64,000 nucleotides of DNA, from assembly GCA_965203315.1 (NCBI GenBank), contig OZ241857.1:1184001-1248000 (forward strand). Reading direction: 5' to 3'. Position 1 is the first letter of the stretch, and each line of letters starts with the position of its first letter. This stretch comes from Nitrosopumilus sp. (GTDB lineage: Archaea > Thermoproteota > Nitrososphaeria > Nitrososphaerales > Nitrosopumilaceae). A program made the translations under genes and the position numbers. The notes beneath the pieces were generated by a model that searched no databases, was not told the origin of the DNA, and worked only from the letters and a program-made list of their open reading frames with translations. Shown piece after piece: positions 1-9,147 of this stretch.

Positions 1-505
1 AGGACCAGAGTCGTTACTGTTTGATGATGATGGTACCGTATGGATAGGCGAGCACACTGGTTCAGGAATTGCGAGGTTTGATCCTATACTAGAGACGTTC
101 AAGCGAGTTCCCGTTCTAGATCCCAATGCATTGCCGTTTGGAATGACATTCGATCGGTATGGAAACATCTGGTTTGCAGAACATACGGTGGATAAACTTG
201 GTGTGTATGACCCAGACAATAACGAGATGATCGAAGTTCCCATACCAACCAATACATCATTTGTACAGTTTATGACATCAGATGATAATGGAGATGTCTG
301 GTTTGCAGTACAGCGTGGAAACAAGATTGGAACCGTAAAGATTACAGAGAGTCTAGTTGCAGTACAGCCACAAGTGGAATCTACCAAACTTCGATATGTC
401 GAGGTCGTTACACCATTTGTCACATTAGGAATAGTAGCAACTGCATTATTCTATGTCAAAGCAGTTAACGACAAACGAAGACTAAATGAACTCATAGAGT
501 CCTAA
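1..505 (+). CDS. 3' part of a Vgb-lyase/NHL-like beta-propeller protein with a C-terminal TM helix (5' end lies outside the window)
   Basis: Repeated motifs (GMTFDRYGNIWFAEH, FMTSDDNGDVWFA); frame open back to the window edge; hydrophobic C-terminal anchor. Confidence 0.75.
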   Translation, partial: GPESLLFDDDGTVWIGEHTGSGIARFDPILETFKRVPVLDPNALPFGMTFDRYGNIWFAEHTVDKLGVYDPDNNEMIEVPIPTNTSFVQFMTSDDNGDVWFAVQRGNKIGTVKITESLVAVQPQVESTKLRYVEVVTPFVTLGIVATALFYVKAVNDKRRLNELIES

Positions 506-517
506 GTGCTATACAAC

Positions 518-565
518 GATCTCTTCGATTTACACGTACTATGTTTTACAAGACTTTTTTTCTAA
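518..565. repeat. Degenerate end of the GGATCT-TIR MITE family (see 53008-53120)
   Basis: gatctcttcgattta...ttttacaagacttttttt aligns with ggatctcttcggttta...ttttgcaagacttttttct at 53008. Confidence 0.55.
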
Positions 566-764
566 AAGTGTTTCCAAAGTCTCGGTACTTTTTCTATAAA
601 ATTCCACCTCAATGTAAATCAAAGAGAACCTTGTCCAATAGTATTGAAATTACTAGTTTAGAATTTACTACATTTATCTAACTTGAATGAGATAAATTTA
701 CAGTCGTACTTTTCGGCGTATTACATAAAAATCATTTAAATTCTGGTGTAGGCACGTAATTGTA

Positions 765-1660
765 GTGGCAACAAGAAAATTAGACCGGAGAGAGATATTG
801 GAAATTATATCACAAAGGCAAAATGGTACCAAGTTATCTGTAATAGCAACTCAATTTAGCGTCACTCCACAAAGAGTATGTCAAATATATTCACACTATC
901 TCGAGACTGGTTCCGCACCAACTCTAAAGAAGACTGGACGACCAAGCAAAGAGCCTACAAAAAAAGAGATTCGATTGGTAAAGAAAGCATACAATCGTAA
1001 ACCTCAAGGCATGGTCTATCTTGCAAGGCGTATGCGTAATTCTAATATACATATAAGCTATAATACAGTACGAAAAATAATGATCGCCGAAGGCTTTGTA
1101 ACTCCAGCACCTGGAAGGAGAAAACGTCGCAGTTAGGTTCGTTTTGAGAGGAGATACTCTAACGCCATGTGGCATGTAGGCTGACACATAATATCTGACT
1201 CAAGATGGAACTCTACCTGATTTGCTACATAGACGATGCTTCTAGATGCATCACGGGTTTTGGGTCTTTAAACATGCAACATCAGCCAACGCAGTCAGTG
1301 TGTTGAGAAAAGCTATCAAAAAGTTTGGCGTACCGGCACAGATACTATCTGATCGTGGAATATAATTTACATCTGCTAAAAAACCAAAGAACGGGCGTAA
1401 AATTACATTATTTGAAGCAGAATTAAGCAAACGAAAAATAAAACAAATACTTGCAAGTCATCACCAGACCAATAACAAGTTGGAGAGATTCTTTGGGACA
1501 TTTGAATCAGAGATTAAACATTCCAATGGTATAATGTCATACATCAATTACTAAAACAAAGACAGACTTTATTTCTCACTAGATGTCAATAATAGTGAAG
1601 TACCTTTGATTGCATTTAAAGCAAAACGTGCCAGTGCTGAAATTAGAAATAATTAACTGT
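765..1660 (+). pseudogene. IS481-like DDE transposase pseudogene
   Basis: HTH ORF 765-1136 ends at an in-frame TAG, followed by VRFERRYSNAMWHV, ICYIDDASRCITG, QILSDRG and NNKLERFFGTF integrase-core motifs broken by stops and frameshifts; 3' end approximate. Confidence 0.8.
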
Positions 1661-1683
1661 GCAAACTAAAATTATGGTGAATT

Positions 1684-2541
1684 TCAATGATTTTTATGTA
1701 ATACAGTCTTACTTTTCGTGGAATAATCCCTTCTAAGTAGACCTGTGGCCTTGGCGACCAGCGTTCCTGCTAGTAGACCCAGAGATAACAGTACAATTGT
1801 TCCTGCGGGAGCAATATTAAATATGTATGACAGTATTATTCCTACAACAACAGAAGAGACAGAATATGTAATAGATATAAGAACAGTTTGTTTGAATCCA
1901 CGACCATAAATTATTGCAGTAACATTTGGTATTACAAATAATGAAGATATCAACAATACTCCTATTAGTTGAATAGAAGTAACAACTGTTATACCAGCGA
2001 TGAAGATCAGCAGATAGTTGAGATATTTAACATTAATACCGCTGGCCTTTGCTTGCTCTTCGTTAAATGTAGAGTATAATAGTTGTCTACGAAATACCAA
2101 CATCGTTATCAATATTATTCCTACCAGTGGCAAGACCATTAGAGCATCGTTAATGCCAACAAGCAATATACTGCCAAATAGAAAACTAAAGATATCAATT
2201 GAAAATCCACCTTGTAATCCAATTATTACAAGTCCTATTGCTATCCCCGAAGACAATAGTATAGCTACTGCCGCATCACCAGAGATGTCGAATCTCTCTC
2301 GAACTTTGGTTATGGTTAATGCACTTGCAATTGCGACTATATATGCTGCCCAAATTGGGTATATGCCAGCCATCAGACCAAATGCAATTCCACCAAATGA
2401 AGAGTGAGCCATCGCGTCACCAAATAGTGAGTACCTACGTAAAACTAGAAACATTCCAACTACAGAACATAGAACAGCAATGGCGACGCCAGACACTAGC
2501 GCGCGTTGCATAAATCCAAACGTTAGTATCTCAAAGGACAT
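1684..2541 (-). CDS. znuB: Zn/Mn ABC transporter permease (ABC-3 family)
   Basis: Multi-TM; LRRYSLFGDAMAHSSFGG and EEQAKASG motifs. Confidence 0.9.
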   Translation of the reverse strand: MSFEILTFGFMQRALVSGVAIAVLCSVVGMFLVLRRYSLFGDAMAHSSFGGIAFGLMAGIYPIWAAYIVAIASALTITKVRERFDISGDAAVAILLSSGIAIGLVIIGLQGGFSIDIFSFLFGSILLVGINDALMVLPLVGIILITMLVFRRQLLYSTFNEEQAKASGINVKYLNYLLIFIAGITVVTSIQLIGVLLISSLFVIPNVTAIIYGRGFKQTVLISITYSVSSVVVGIILSYIFNIAPAGTIVLLSLGLLAGTLVAKATGLLRRDYSTKSKTVLHKNH

Positions 2542-2543
2542 GA

Positions 2544-3260
2544 TTAATGGTGATGCATATGAGTCTGCATCGGCGTCTCTGTATATTGTAACAGTAACTC
2601 TTTATCAGAAAAGAACTTTTCAGATCTGCCATGAAAGTACATCTTTTTATTCAAACATGCGACATGATCTGCAATCTGGTTTACAGCATCGAGATCATGT
2701 GATGACCAAATTATTGTAATATTTTGTTTTGTGTTCAATTCTTGTAGTATACTATAAAATAGATCAATACTAGATTGATCGATTCCTGTTACAGGTTCAT
2801 CAAGTACGAGGATCTTTGGTTTGCGTATTAGTGCTTTTGCTATAAACACACGTTGTTGTTGCCCCGCCGAGAGCTCACCAATACGTCTATTGCTTAATTC
2901 ATGAATCCATAGGTATTGTAAGATTTGATCTACGGTGTCATCATCAGTATCATGATCTAGTCCCATTTGTACAACATCCTTGACAGTTACTGGAAAGTTC
3001 TTGTCAAAGATTGGTTTCTGTGGAACGTAACCGACAGTTTTGAGATATCTCTTTGACTTGCGGATATCTGTATCAAAGAACTTGATTGTACCAGTATATT
3101 TGGTATACAGACCTAGCATTGCTGCAAATAGAGTTGATTTACCTGCACCGTTTGGACCAATTATGCCCAGAAAGTCACCCTCGTTGACTGCAAGATTTAT
3201 GTTATCGAGTACGATATCATCGTATCGTACAGTTAGATTTTGAATGTCAATTAACGACAT
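2544..3260 (-). CDS. znuC: Zn/Mn ABC transporter ATP-binding protein
   Basis: Walker A GPNGAGKST, LSAGQQQR signature, Walker B LVLDEP. Confidence 0.92.
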   Translation of the reverse strand: MSLIDIQNLTVRYDDIVLDNINLAVNEGDFLGIIGPNGAGKSTLFAAMLGLYTKYTGTIKFFDTDIRKSKRYLKTVGYVPQKPIFDKNFPVTVKDVVQMGLDHDTDDDTVDQILQYLWIHELSNRRIGELSAGQQQRVFIAKALIRKPKILVLDEPVTGIDQSSIDLFYSILQELNTKQNITIIWSSHDLDAVNQIADHVACLNKKMYFHGRSEKFFSDKELLLQYTETPMQTHMHHH

Positions 3261-4258
3261 AGTGCAACCTCTAGATTTTGGAGATTTGTAGTCATTCTAG
3301 AGATATAGTCTTCGTCAGAACTTATCTCTAGTGGAGATAGTGGCAAGACTTGTCCATCCAGCTCATCGGCGATAACTTGAGATGCTCTCTCGTTATACTG
3401 TTCTTCAGCGAATATCACATCAACATCTAGACGTTTTGCCGTCGTGATTATATTTTCAAGCGTCTGTGCAGTAACCTCACCGTGTGGGTCTAATGAGGAA
3501 AGAATATTGTGATATCTCAGACCATATTCGTTTGAAAAATATGTAAAGGCATCATGAAATGCAATATAGTCATGATTACAGTTAGCTAGTGTATTACGAA
3601 TGTTATCATCGAGATTGGCAAGTTTAGCATTATACTGTTCTGCTCTAGTCTGATAATACTCTCGATTTTCTGGATCTTGATCAGATAGAGCATCTGCAAT
3701 GTTTTGAATTTGGATCTGGGCAAGTACTGGATTTAGCCAGATATGTGGATCTCCAGCGCTGTGATCATGTCCGTGTTCATCTTTGTGGTCATCATCATGA
3801 TCATCTTCGTGTCTCTCGTCGTCGTGTTCATCATCGTGTTCGTCTCGCTCATCTTTGTGGTCATCATCGTGTTCGTCATGTCCGCCTATGATCTTGATTC
3901 CATTACTGGTATCGACTATTACTCCATTAAACTCACCCTCTTCTAGATCTTCTACCCAAGTCTCAAAACCTACCCCATTGATTACAATCACATCTGCATT
4001 CTGTAGACGCTGTACATCTTGAACGGTAGGCTCCCAGTCATGTGGTTCTGCTCCAGGAGGTATAAGAAGTGATGAATCTATCTTTGTCCCACCAACCTCA
4101 TTTGTAAACTCGTAAATTGGATAAAACGATGATATAACAGTCAACTTTTCTACCGAGTCACTAGTTGATCCACTAGAGCCTATTCCAGATATTGCAATAG
4201 AACCTACTACTACGGCTACAACTATGCCCGCAATTGTTGCCCATATCATTTTATTCAA
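3251..4258 (-). CDS. znuA: Zn/Mn ABC transporter substrate-binding protein with a His/Asp-rich loop
   Basis: EPHDWEP, DPHIWL and FHDAF motifs; long HDEHDDDH loop; N-terminal anchor. Confidence 0.9.
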   Translation of the reverse strand: MNKMIWATIAGIVVAVVVGSIAISGIGSSGSTSDSVEKLTVISSFYPIYEFTNEVGGTKIDSSLLIPPGAEPHDWEPTVQDVQRLQNADVIVINGVGFETWVEDLEEGEFNGVIVDTSNGIKIIGGHDEHDDDHKDERDEHDDEHDDERHEDDHDDDHKDEHGHDHSAGDPHIWLNPVLAQIQIQNIADALSDQDPENREYYQTRAEQYNAKLANLDDNIRNTLANCNHDYIAFHDAFTYFSNEYGLRYHNILSSLDPHGEVTAQTLENIITTAKRLDVDVIFAEEQYNERASQVIADELDGQVLPLSPLEISSDEDYISRMTTNLQNLEVALCR

Positions 4259-4349
4259 TACAGCCTTTTGATATTAGTTATTAATAAATGTAAAGAATCT
4301 TAATAAAAATAACTGTTAAACTTATAAGATAATTAATAATAATACAGGT

Positions 4350-4733
4350 ATGCCAATAGTCTCGATCTCGTTAAATGATGGGATTCTGACAGATCTGGAC
4401 AATCTACAGAATACTATGGGCTTTTCAGGGAGATCTGAAGCAATAAGAGCAGGGATTAGAGCGTTTATCGCTACAGAGAAGCAGTATGGTGATATGGTTG
4501 GGAATATACATGCGATCCTCTTGGTTGTACACAACGATGCCTTTGATGATATAGTGTCTGGAATCAGACATAGTTTCGAGGATCTGATAACAACACACCT
4601 ACACACCAAGATAGAACAAGAGAAGTGTATGGAACTCTTTATCGTCGATGGTGATGCCGAAAAGATATCTACGATGACTAGAGACTTTCAGACAAACAAG
4701 AATATGGATACAGTAAGACTTGTGATGATCTAG
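4350..4733 (+). CDS. NikR-family ribbon-helix-helix metalloregulator
   Basis: IVSISL...SGRSEAIR RHH N-terminus; HLH..C metal-binding C-domain; divergent from the metal ABC operon. Confidence 0.85.
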   Translation: MPIVSISLNDGILTDLDNLQNTMGFSGRSEAIRAGIRAFIATEKQYGDMVGNIHAILLVVHNDAFDDIVSGIRHSFEDLITTHLHTKIEQEKCMELFIVDGDAEKISTMTRDFQTNKNMDTVRLVMI

Positions 4734-6064
4734 ACGTATCGTCTAGTAGCTACTATGATACCAGTCAGAGATATTATCATGATTAAGATGGCTAGTCCTC
4801 CAAACTCTGGCACAACAACTATTCTAAACTCTGTATCTTGACCCGTATTACGAATATCTTCAAACTTGATCGTTGTGGGGCCTGTCTGTTCTTCTGCGAA
4901 TGTAAACTTTTCAAACTGACCACCTATTTGAGCAACTCCAGAGGATCGATAGAGCTCTTGATCGTTTTGTAGAATGATAAAGGTGTAGGCAGAGTTACGT
5001 AGTGGCTCATTGGTCTTGCCATCACGAATTGTAAAGACAAAGTTTGTTGGAGTTTCAGGTTCTAGTTCTATTGGATCCCATGCTAGATTGACGGCAAAGT
5101 CTTCACTTATGGTATATGCTGTGAGTGGAAATGATATCTCTTCATTTGCCTCTAGTTTGAATAACATACTTTGAGGAAGTGGTTGATCAGAACTCTGCAT
5201 ATCTCTCTTTAACAGTCGTAGATGATCTTGTAGTAGAACAAAGTGTACGATTCGCTCATCGTCTTCAGTATAGTCGTCAATAACTACTGATTCCTTGAAT
5301 AGTTTTATTCCGTTGACATAACCTGTATAGCTAGGAGACAGAAACTCTACAAAGTCGTTTGGGAAATGTATCTCTTCGTGGACTACAGGTATATGAGACA
5401 TACGATCTTCACTCCAATCAAATGGCATCTCAAAGGTGACTTGCCTTGCTGCTGGAACATAATTTAGATCATGTATCTTGTCAAAGTAAGATTTGGTACG
5501 AAACTTGACATCGTCACCTTGAGAATCTGTTTGTATAAATGATTGAACTTCGGTGACGCTTAGATCTGCATAGTAGATATCGGACTCGATGATATTTGTA
5601 GGCTCATCTATCGTTCTGATCTCGATCTCAAATGTATATAGTCCACCAGAGTTGAGTAGCGGACCTGTAATCTCTATTGGATCAGAGTTTGTTCCATGCC
5701 ATGCACCTAGGATCGAGTCTTGTGTACCATGGATCGTGATCTCGGGATCGTCTGTAGGTATTGGTGTGAGGTACAGTATACCATCTTTGGCAAAAAAGTA
5801 GTTACGAAATATCATCGTGTCGTCATGGTATAGACCTATCAGAAACGTAACATTTGGGACAGGCTCGTCAGTGTCGTCATCTGATGCGGTGATTGTGATG
5901 TATCGCTGATCTTGATCAAAGTCTAGAGGCATCTCAACCGTAATGGATAATTTGCGATCTCCTACATCAATTGAAGATATTGTATCTAGACCAAGACCGT
6001 GTCCGTATGCAGTGCCTACAGTAGTACATGCCACAAATACAAGAAAGAGATGTAGATGCATCAT
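4730..6064 (-). CDS. Secreted PEFG-CTERM domain protein
   Basis: Signal peptide; C-terminal VVPEFG + TM helix + basic residues, the thaumarchaeal sorting signal. Confidence 0.85.
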   Translation of the reverse strand: MMHLHLFLVFVACTTVGTAYGHGLGLDTISSIDVGDRKLSITVEMPLDFDQDQRYITITASDDDTDEPVPNVTFLIGLYHDDTMIFRNYFFAKDGILYLTPIPTDDPEITIHGTQDSILGAWHGTNSDPIEITGPLLNSGGLYTFEIEIRTIDEPTNIIESDIYYADLSVTEVQSFIQTDSQGDDVKFRTKSYFDKIHDLNYVPAARQVTFEMPFDWSEDRMSHIPVVHEEIHFPNDFVEFLSPSYTGYVNGIKLFKESVVIDDYTEDDERIVHFVLLQDHLRLLKRDMQSSDQPLPQSMLFKLEANEEISFPLTAYTISEDFAVNLAWDPIELEPETPTNFVFTIRDGKTNEPLRNSAYTFIILQNDQELYRSSGVAQIGGQFEKFTFAEEQTGPTTIKFEDIRNTGQDTEFRIVVVPEFGGLAILIMIISLTGIIVATRRYV

Positions 6065-6774
6065 GTTGTTTTATCCATAAAGAGTTCTTTAACCTTATCA
6101 ACTAGATTGGACATTGTCGGTGCCTCTAGTATTGGCTGTAGATCAGATGGATCTTTGGCGCCTAGAGCAGCAAGTGAGTAGACATAGTCGATGGTTGGAA
6201 TCTCGGTTATCAAATAGTACTGTTCAAGTAGATGATCAAGTGCTTGTGGATCAATAGTCTGAGGTGATGATTTGATAATCTTTTGTTTCCATAGTGCTAC
6301 AAGATCCTGCCATGTATCAAGTGTTATATTATCATCAATCTCTGGAAGCATCTGTACTCGTCCCTGAATGTACATCTTTGTATCTCGACCAATCTTGTTA
6401 TGAAGTTCAGATATGCGTTCATGTCCTTCTAGAGTATTAGGATCATAGTCTAGAGGCCGTTTCATCGGAGGCGGTATGAGCTCGCCAATCATAAATGGAT
6501 TTCGACCCATCGTCTCGATCTGTATCTGTAATCCATCTAGCCCAACATTCTCACATTTTGTAATCTTGGTAATGGTTCCTACCGCTCTGGGTGCAGTCCA
6601 GCCGTTTACAGATAATGATTGGTGATTTGCTAAACAGACTCCAAATTGTCCATCACCCAACATACAGTCATCAACCATCTGCTTGTATCTAGGCTCGAAT
6701 ATCCGTAATGGTAGTTCTTGTCTAGGAAAGAGAACTAGATCAAGTGGAAATATTGGAATTACTCTATTCAACAC
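6061..6774 (-). CDS. Lon protease N-terminal (substrate-binding) domain protein
   Basis: IPIFPLDLVLFP..LPLRIFEPRYKQMV motif. Confidence 0.85.
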   Translation of the reverse strand: MLNRVIPIFPLDLVLFPRQELPLRIFEPRYKQMVDDCMLGDGQFGVCLANHQSLSVNGWTAPRAVGTITKITKCENVGLDGLQIQIETMGRNPFMIGELIPPPMKRPLDYDPNTLEGHERISELHNKIGRDTKMYIQGRVQMLPEIDDNITLDTWQDLVALWKQKIIKSSPQTIDPQALDHLLEQYYLITEIPTIDYVYSLAALGAKDPSDLQPILEAPTMSNLVDKVKELFMDKTT

Positions 6775-6903
6775 ATATACTAGAATGCTTCTAGATATAT
6801 TGAATTCGACTAGAGATTTACGTAATCGAGTCCAAGAGTGTTAGTTATTGTAGATGACCATATGTGTACGACGCTCATCTTGGTATGGATTGATAACTGA
6901 CAA

Positions 6904-7168
6904 CAGTTTACCTAAATGTGCCTTTTTGAAAAGACATTACAATGTTTTGCTGAGATTATTGCCTGATGGGCACCATCGGCAATTTTTGCATATGCATTTT
7001 CTAATCAAAAGTTGTAATGAAAATGAAATTTCTAGACGTGAAAGTCAATCAAGCGGATTTACTGTTTGTTGATCTAAAGCAAATTCATGATTACACAGTA
7101 CTAATTGAATCATGACTTTTCTTAAGTATTGTAATATCCTCACTAAAAACACACATTTGGGTAAACTG
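6904..7168. mobile_element. 265-bp MITE with CAG-starting TIRs (ISH3/IS4-like)
   Basis: CAGTTTACCTAAATGTG at 6904 vs reverse complement CAGTTTACCCAAATGTG ending at 7168 (16/17, imperfect out to ~40 bp); flanks GACAA/GACAT resemble a 5-bp TSD. Confidence 0.75.
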
Positions 7169-7178
7169 GACATAGTCG

Positions 7179-7292
7179 TTGAATAAGAAAGAAGTGTTGG
7201 GGATTGTAAACGATTTTCAAGCTATTAATGGTGGTTCATTCATTGTTATAGGTATCATTGTTTTAGTTGGTATGATATTATCCGTTGATTAA
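7179..7292 (+). CDS. 37-aa single-TM micro-protein (not in the ORF track)
   Basis: TTG start; MNKKEVLGIVNDFQAINGGSFIVIGIIVLVGMILSVD; stop abuts the next ATG. Confidence 0.4.
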   Translation: MNKKEVLGIVNDFQAINGGSFIVIGIIVLVGMILSVD

Positions 7293-7293
7293 A

Positions 7294-7623
7294 ATGTTAA
7301 AAGCGTTGGATATTGCCATTGGTGTTCTCATTTTTGTTAGTATTTGTGTTGCCTGGCATAAACTCTATAAGGCTATGAAAAATAGTCTATTGTATTTGGT
7401 TATATTTACTAGATGTGAAAGATGCGGTATCTGTGGTGTCGTTGGATCAAGATTGCATTGGTATGGTAGACGATTATACTGTAAAACTTGTAAACCAAAT
7501 GTGAGAAAGGTAAAACCAAAGACAAGAAAGATGAGAAAGGTAAAACCAAAACCGTCAAGAAAGATGAGAAGGAATATAGATGGGATAGTGTTTGTAGAAT
7601 GGTACTACGGGCTAAATCCATAA
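7294..7623 (+). CDS. Small membrane protein with a CxxC..CxxC Zn ribbon and a basic repeated tail
   Basis: TM helix; CERC and CKTC; RKVKPK repeated; ATG at 7294 preferred. Confidence 0.6.
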   Translation: MLKALDIAIGVLIFVSICVAWHKLYKAMKNSLLYLVIFTRCERCGICGVVGSRLHWYGRRLYCKTCKPNVRKVKPKTRKMRKVKPKPSRKMRRNIDGIVFVEWYYGLNP

Positions 7624-9147
7624 TTACTGTGATTTTAACTCCTCTATCTTTTTCTTGGCTTCATTCAGTTCAGTTGTAAGTTTCTCTATCGTGAATAAGG
7701 CTTCATTCAGTTGAGATTGAGTTTGAGTAGAGTTGGTTTCTAGTATGGTAAATCTAGACTGCAGTTCAGATAGTTCAGTTCTGACGTCTTTGCATGATTC
7801 TGCTAATTGAGTCAGATGTTCTTTAGTCTTAGTATCTGTGTTAAATGCTATTCTTAGATTCTCTTTGAATTTTTGATGTTTATTTTTCCATTCGTCTTTC
7901 TTTTCTTTGAGATTTTCTCGTTTGTCTTCTAGCGTATTTGCACGATCTATTGTTTTGCTGAGTTGAGATTCGAGATCTGATATTTTTATAGCACTTATAC
8001 TATTTGATTGAGATTGATCTTTTACAATGTTATTATACATTAATTTCCAATACTCTACATCATCATTTAGATCGTTTATCATGTTAGATTTCTCATCTAG
8101 CTGTTTCCGTAGCTCATGTAATTGTTCAGCTGTACTTAGTGGTTTTAGGGTAGATGGTGGGTGTGGAGAGATATTATTTAGTTGTGAATCAATAATTTGT
8201 TGAAAGACTTCAAATGGTTGAGCTCCAGATAGTGTAACGTATCCGAGATCATCGTTTCCAATCAAAAATCCTGGTGTGCCATCAATCCCATAACTACGAC
8301 CATCATTCAGATCGTTTCCAATCTCTTCAACATATCTGCCACTAAACAAACATGAATCAAATTCCTCTTGATCAAGATTGATGGTGGTCGCATACGCACT
8401 AAACAGAGCGACAGCCTCATCTACCGAAACATTACTCCATTCAGACTGTCTATCAAATATTAGATCATGCATCATCTTGAAGCTGTCTTGTTCATCGGCA
8501 CACTCTGCAGCAACAGCAGCCGGGACAGCGTTGGGGTGAATGTTGTGTAGTGGAAAGTCCCTATAGACTAGTTTGACTTTGCCGCTGTCGATATACTCTT
8601 CAATTAAAAGTGGTAGTGTCTCTGCATTGAATCTAGCGCAAAATGGACATTGAAAGTCCGAGAACTCGATAATATTGATAGGCGCGTCAGGATTACCGAT
8701 TATTGGATCATCATCAATAGAGATGATTCCAAGTGTGCTAGAGTTATGATCGGTTGGATTTTGATCGTCATCTTGGACGATAATTGTACCAGACATCCAT
8801 GGATGAACGTAACAAAAGTAAGGCACTTCGCCTACCTCAGTTGGAGTCCATTCGAATGATTTACCTGACTGTATTAGGTTAGAATCAAATTCGTCTGTGT
8901 GTTCCTTTATTGTTCCTGACGCAAACACATGAGCAACATTATTCGTATTTGAGAAAATTACCTTGCCACCTACGTCAACCGTTGCTATCATTGGATTGTA
9001 ACAACCCTCTGGTGTATCTTGACAACCTGTAGTACTAGAGCTTGGCATTGGTTCGATCGTCACTTCAGCATGATCTGCAAATGATTCAGATAAGCCTATA
9101 GATCCCATAACCGAAATTATAATGACACTTACAATAAGAAGTTTCAT
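7624..9147 (-). CDS. Secreted plastocyanin-like + DsbA-like + coiled-coil fusion protein
   Basis: Signal peptide; type-1 Cu ligands H...CYVHPWM; EFSDFQCPFC and GTPGF thioredoxin-fold motifs; heptad-rich C-terminus. Confidence 0.85.
   Translation of the reverse strand: MKLLIVSVIIISVMGSIGLSESFADHAEVTIEPMPSSSTTGCQDTPEGCYNPMIATVDVGGKVIFSNTNNVAHVFASGTIKEHTDEFDSNLIQSGKSFEWTPTEVGEVPYFCYVHPWMSGTIIVQDDDQNPTDHNSSTLGIISIDDDPIIGNPDAPINIIEFSDFQCPFCARFNAETLPLLIEEYIDSGKVKLVYRDFPLHNIHPNAVPAAVAAECADEQDSFKMMHDLIFDRQSEWSNVSVDEAVALFSAYATTINLDQEEFDSCLFSGRYVEEIGNDLNDGRSYGIDGTPGFLIGNDDLGYVTLSGAQPFEVFQQIIDSQLNNISPHPPSTLKPLSTAEQLHELRKQLDEKSNMINDLNDDVEYWKLMYNNIVKDQSQSNSISAIKISDLESQLSKTIDRANTLEDKRENLKEKKDEWKNKHQKFKENLRIAFNTDTKTKEHLTQLAESCKDVRTELSELQSRFTILETNSTQTQSQLNEALFTIEKLTTELNEAKKKIEELKSQ

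Noticed and set aside
3770-3880. CATCAT/GATGA-type repeats
   Set aside because: They encode the ordinary His/Asp-rich loop of ZnuA.
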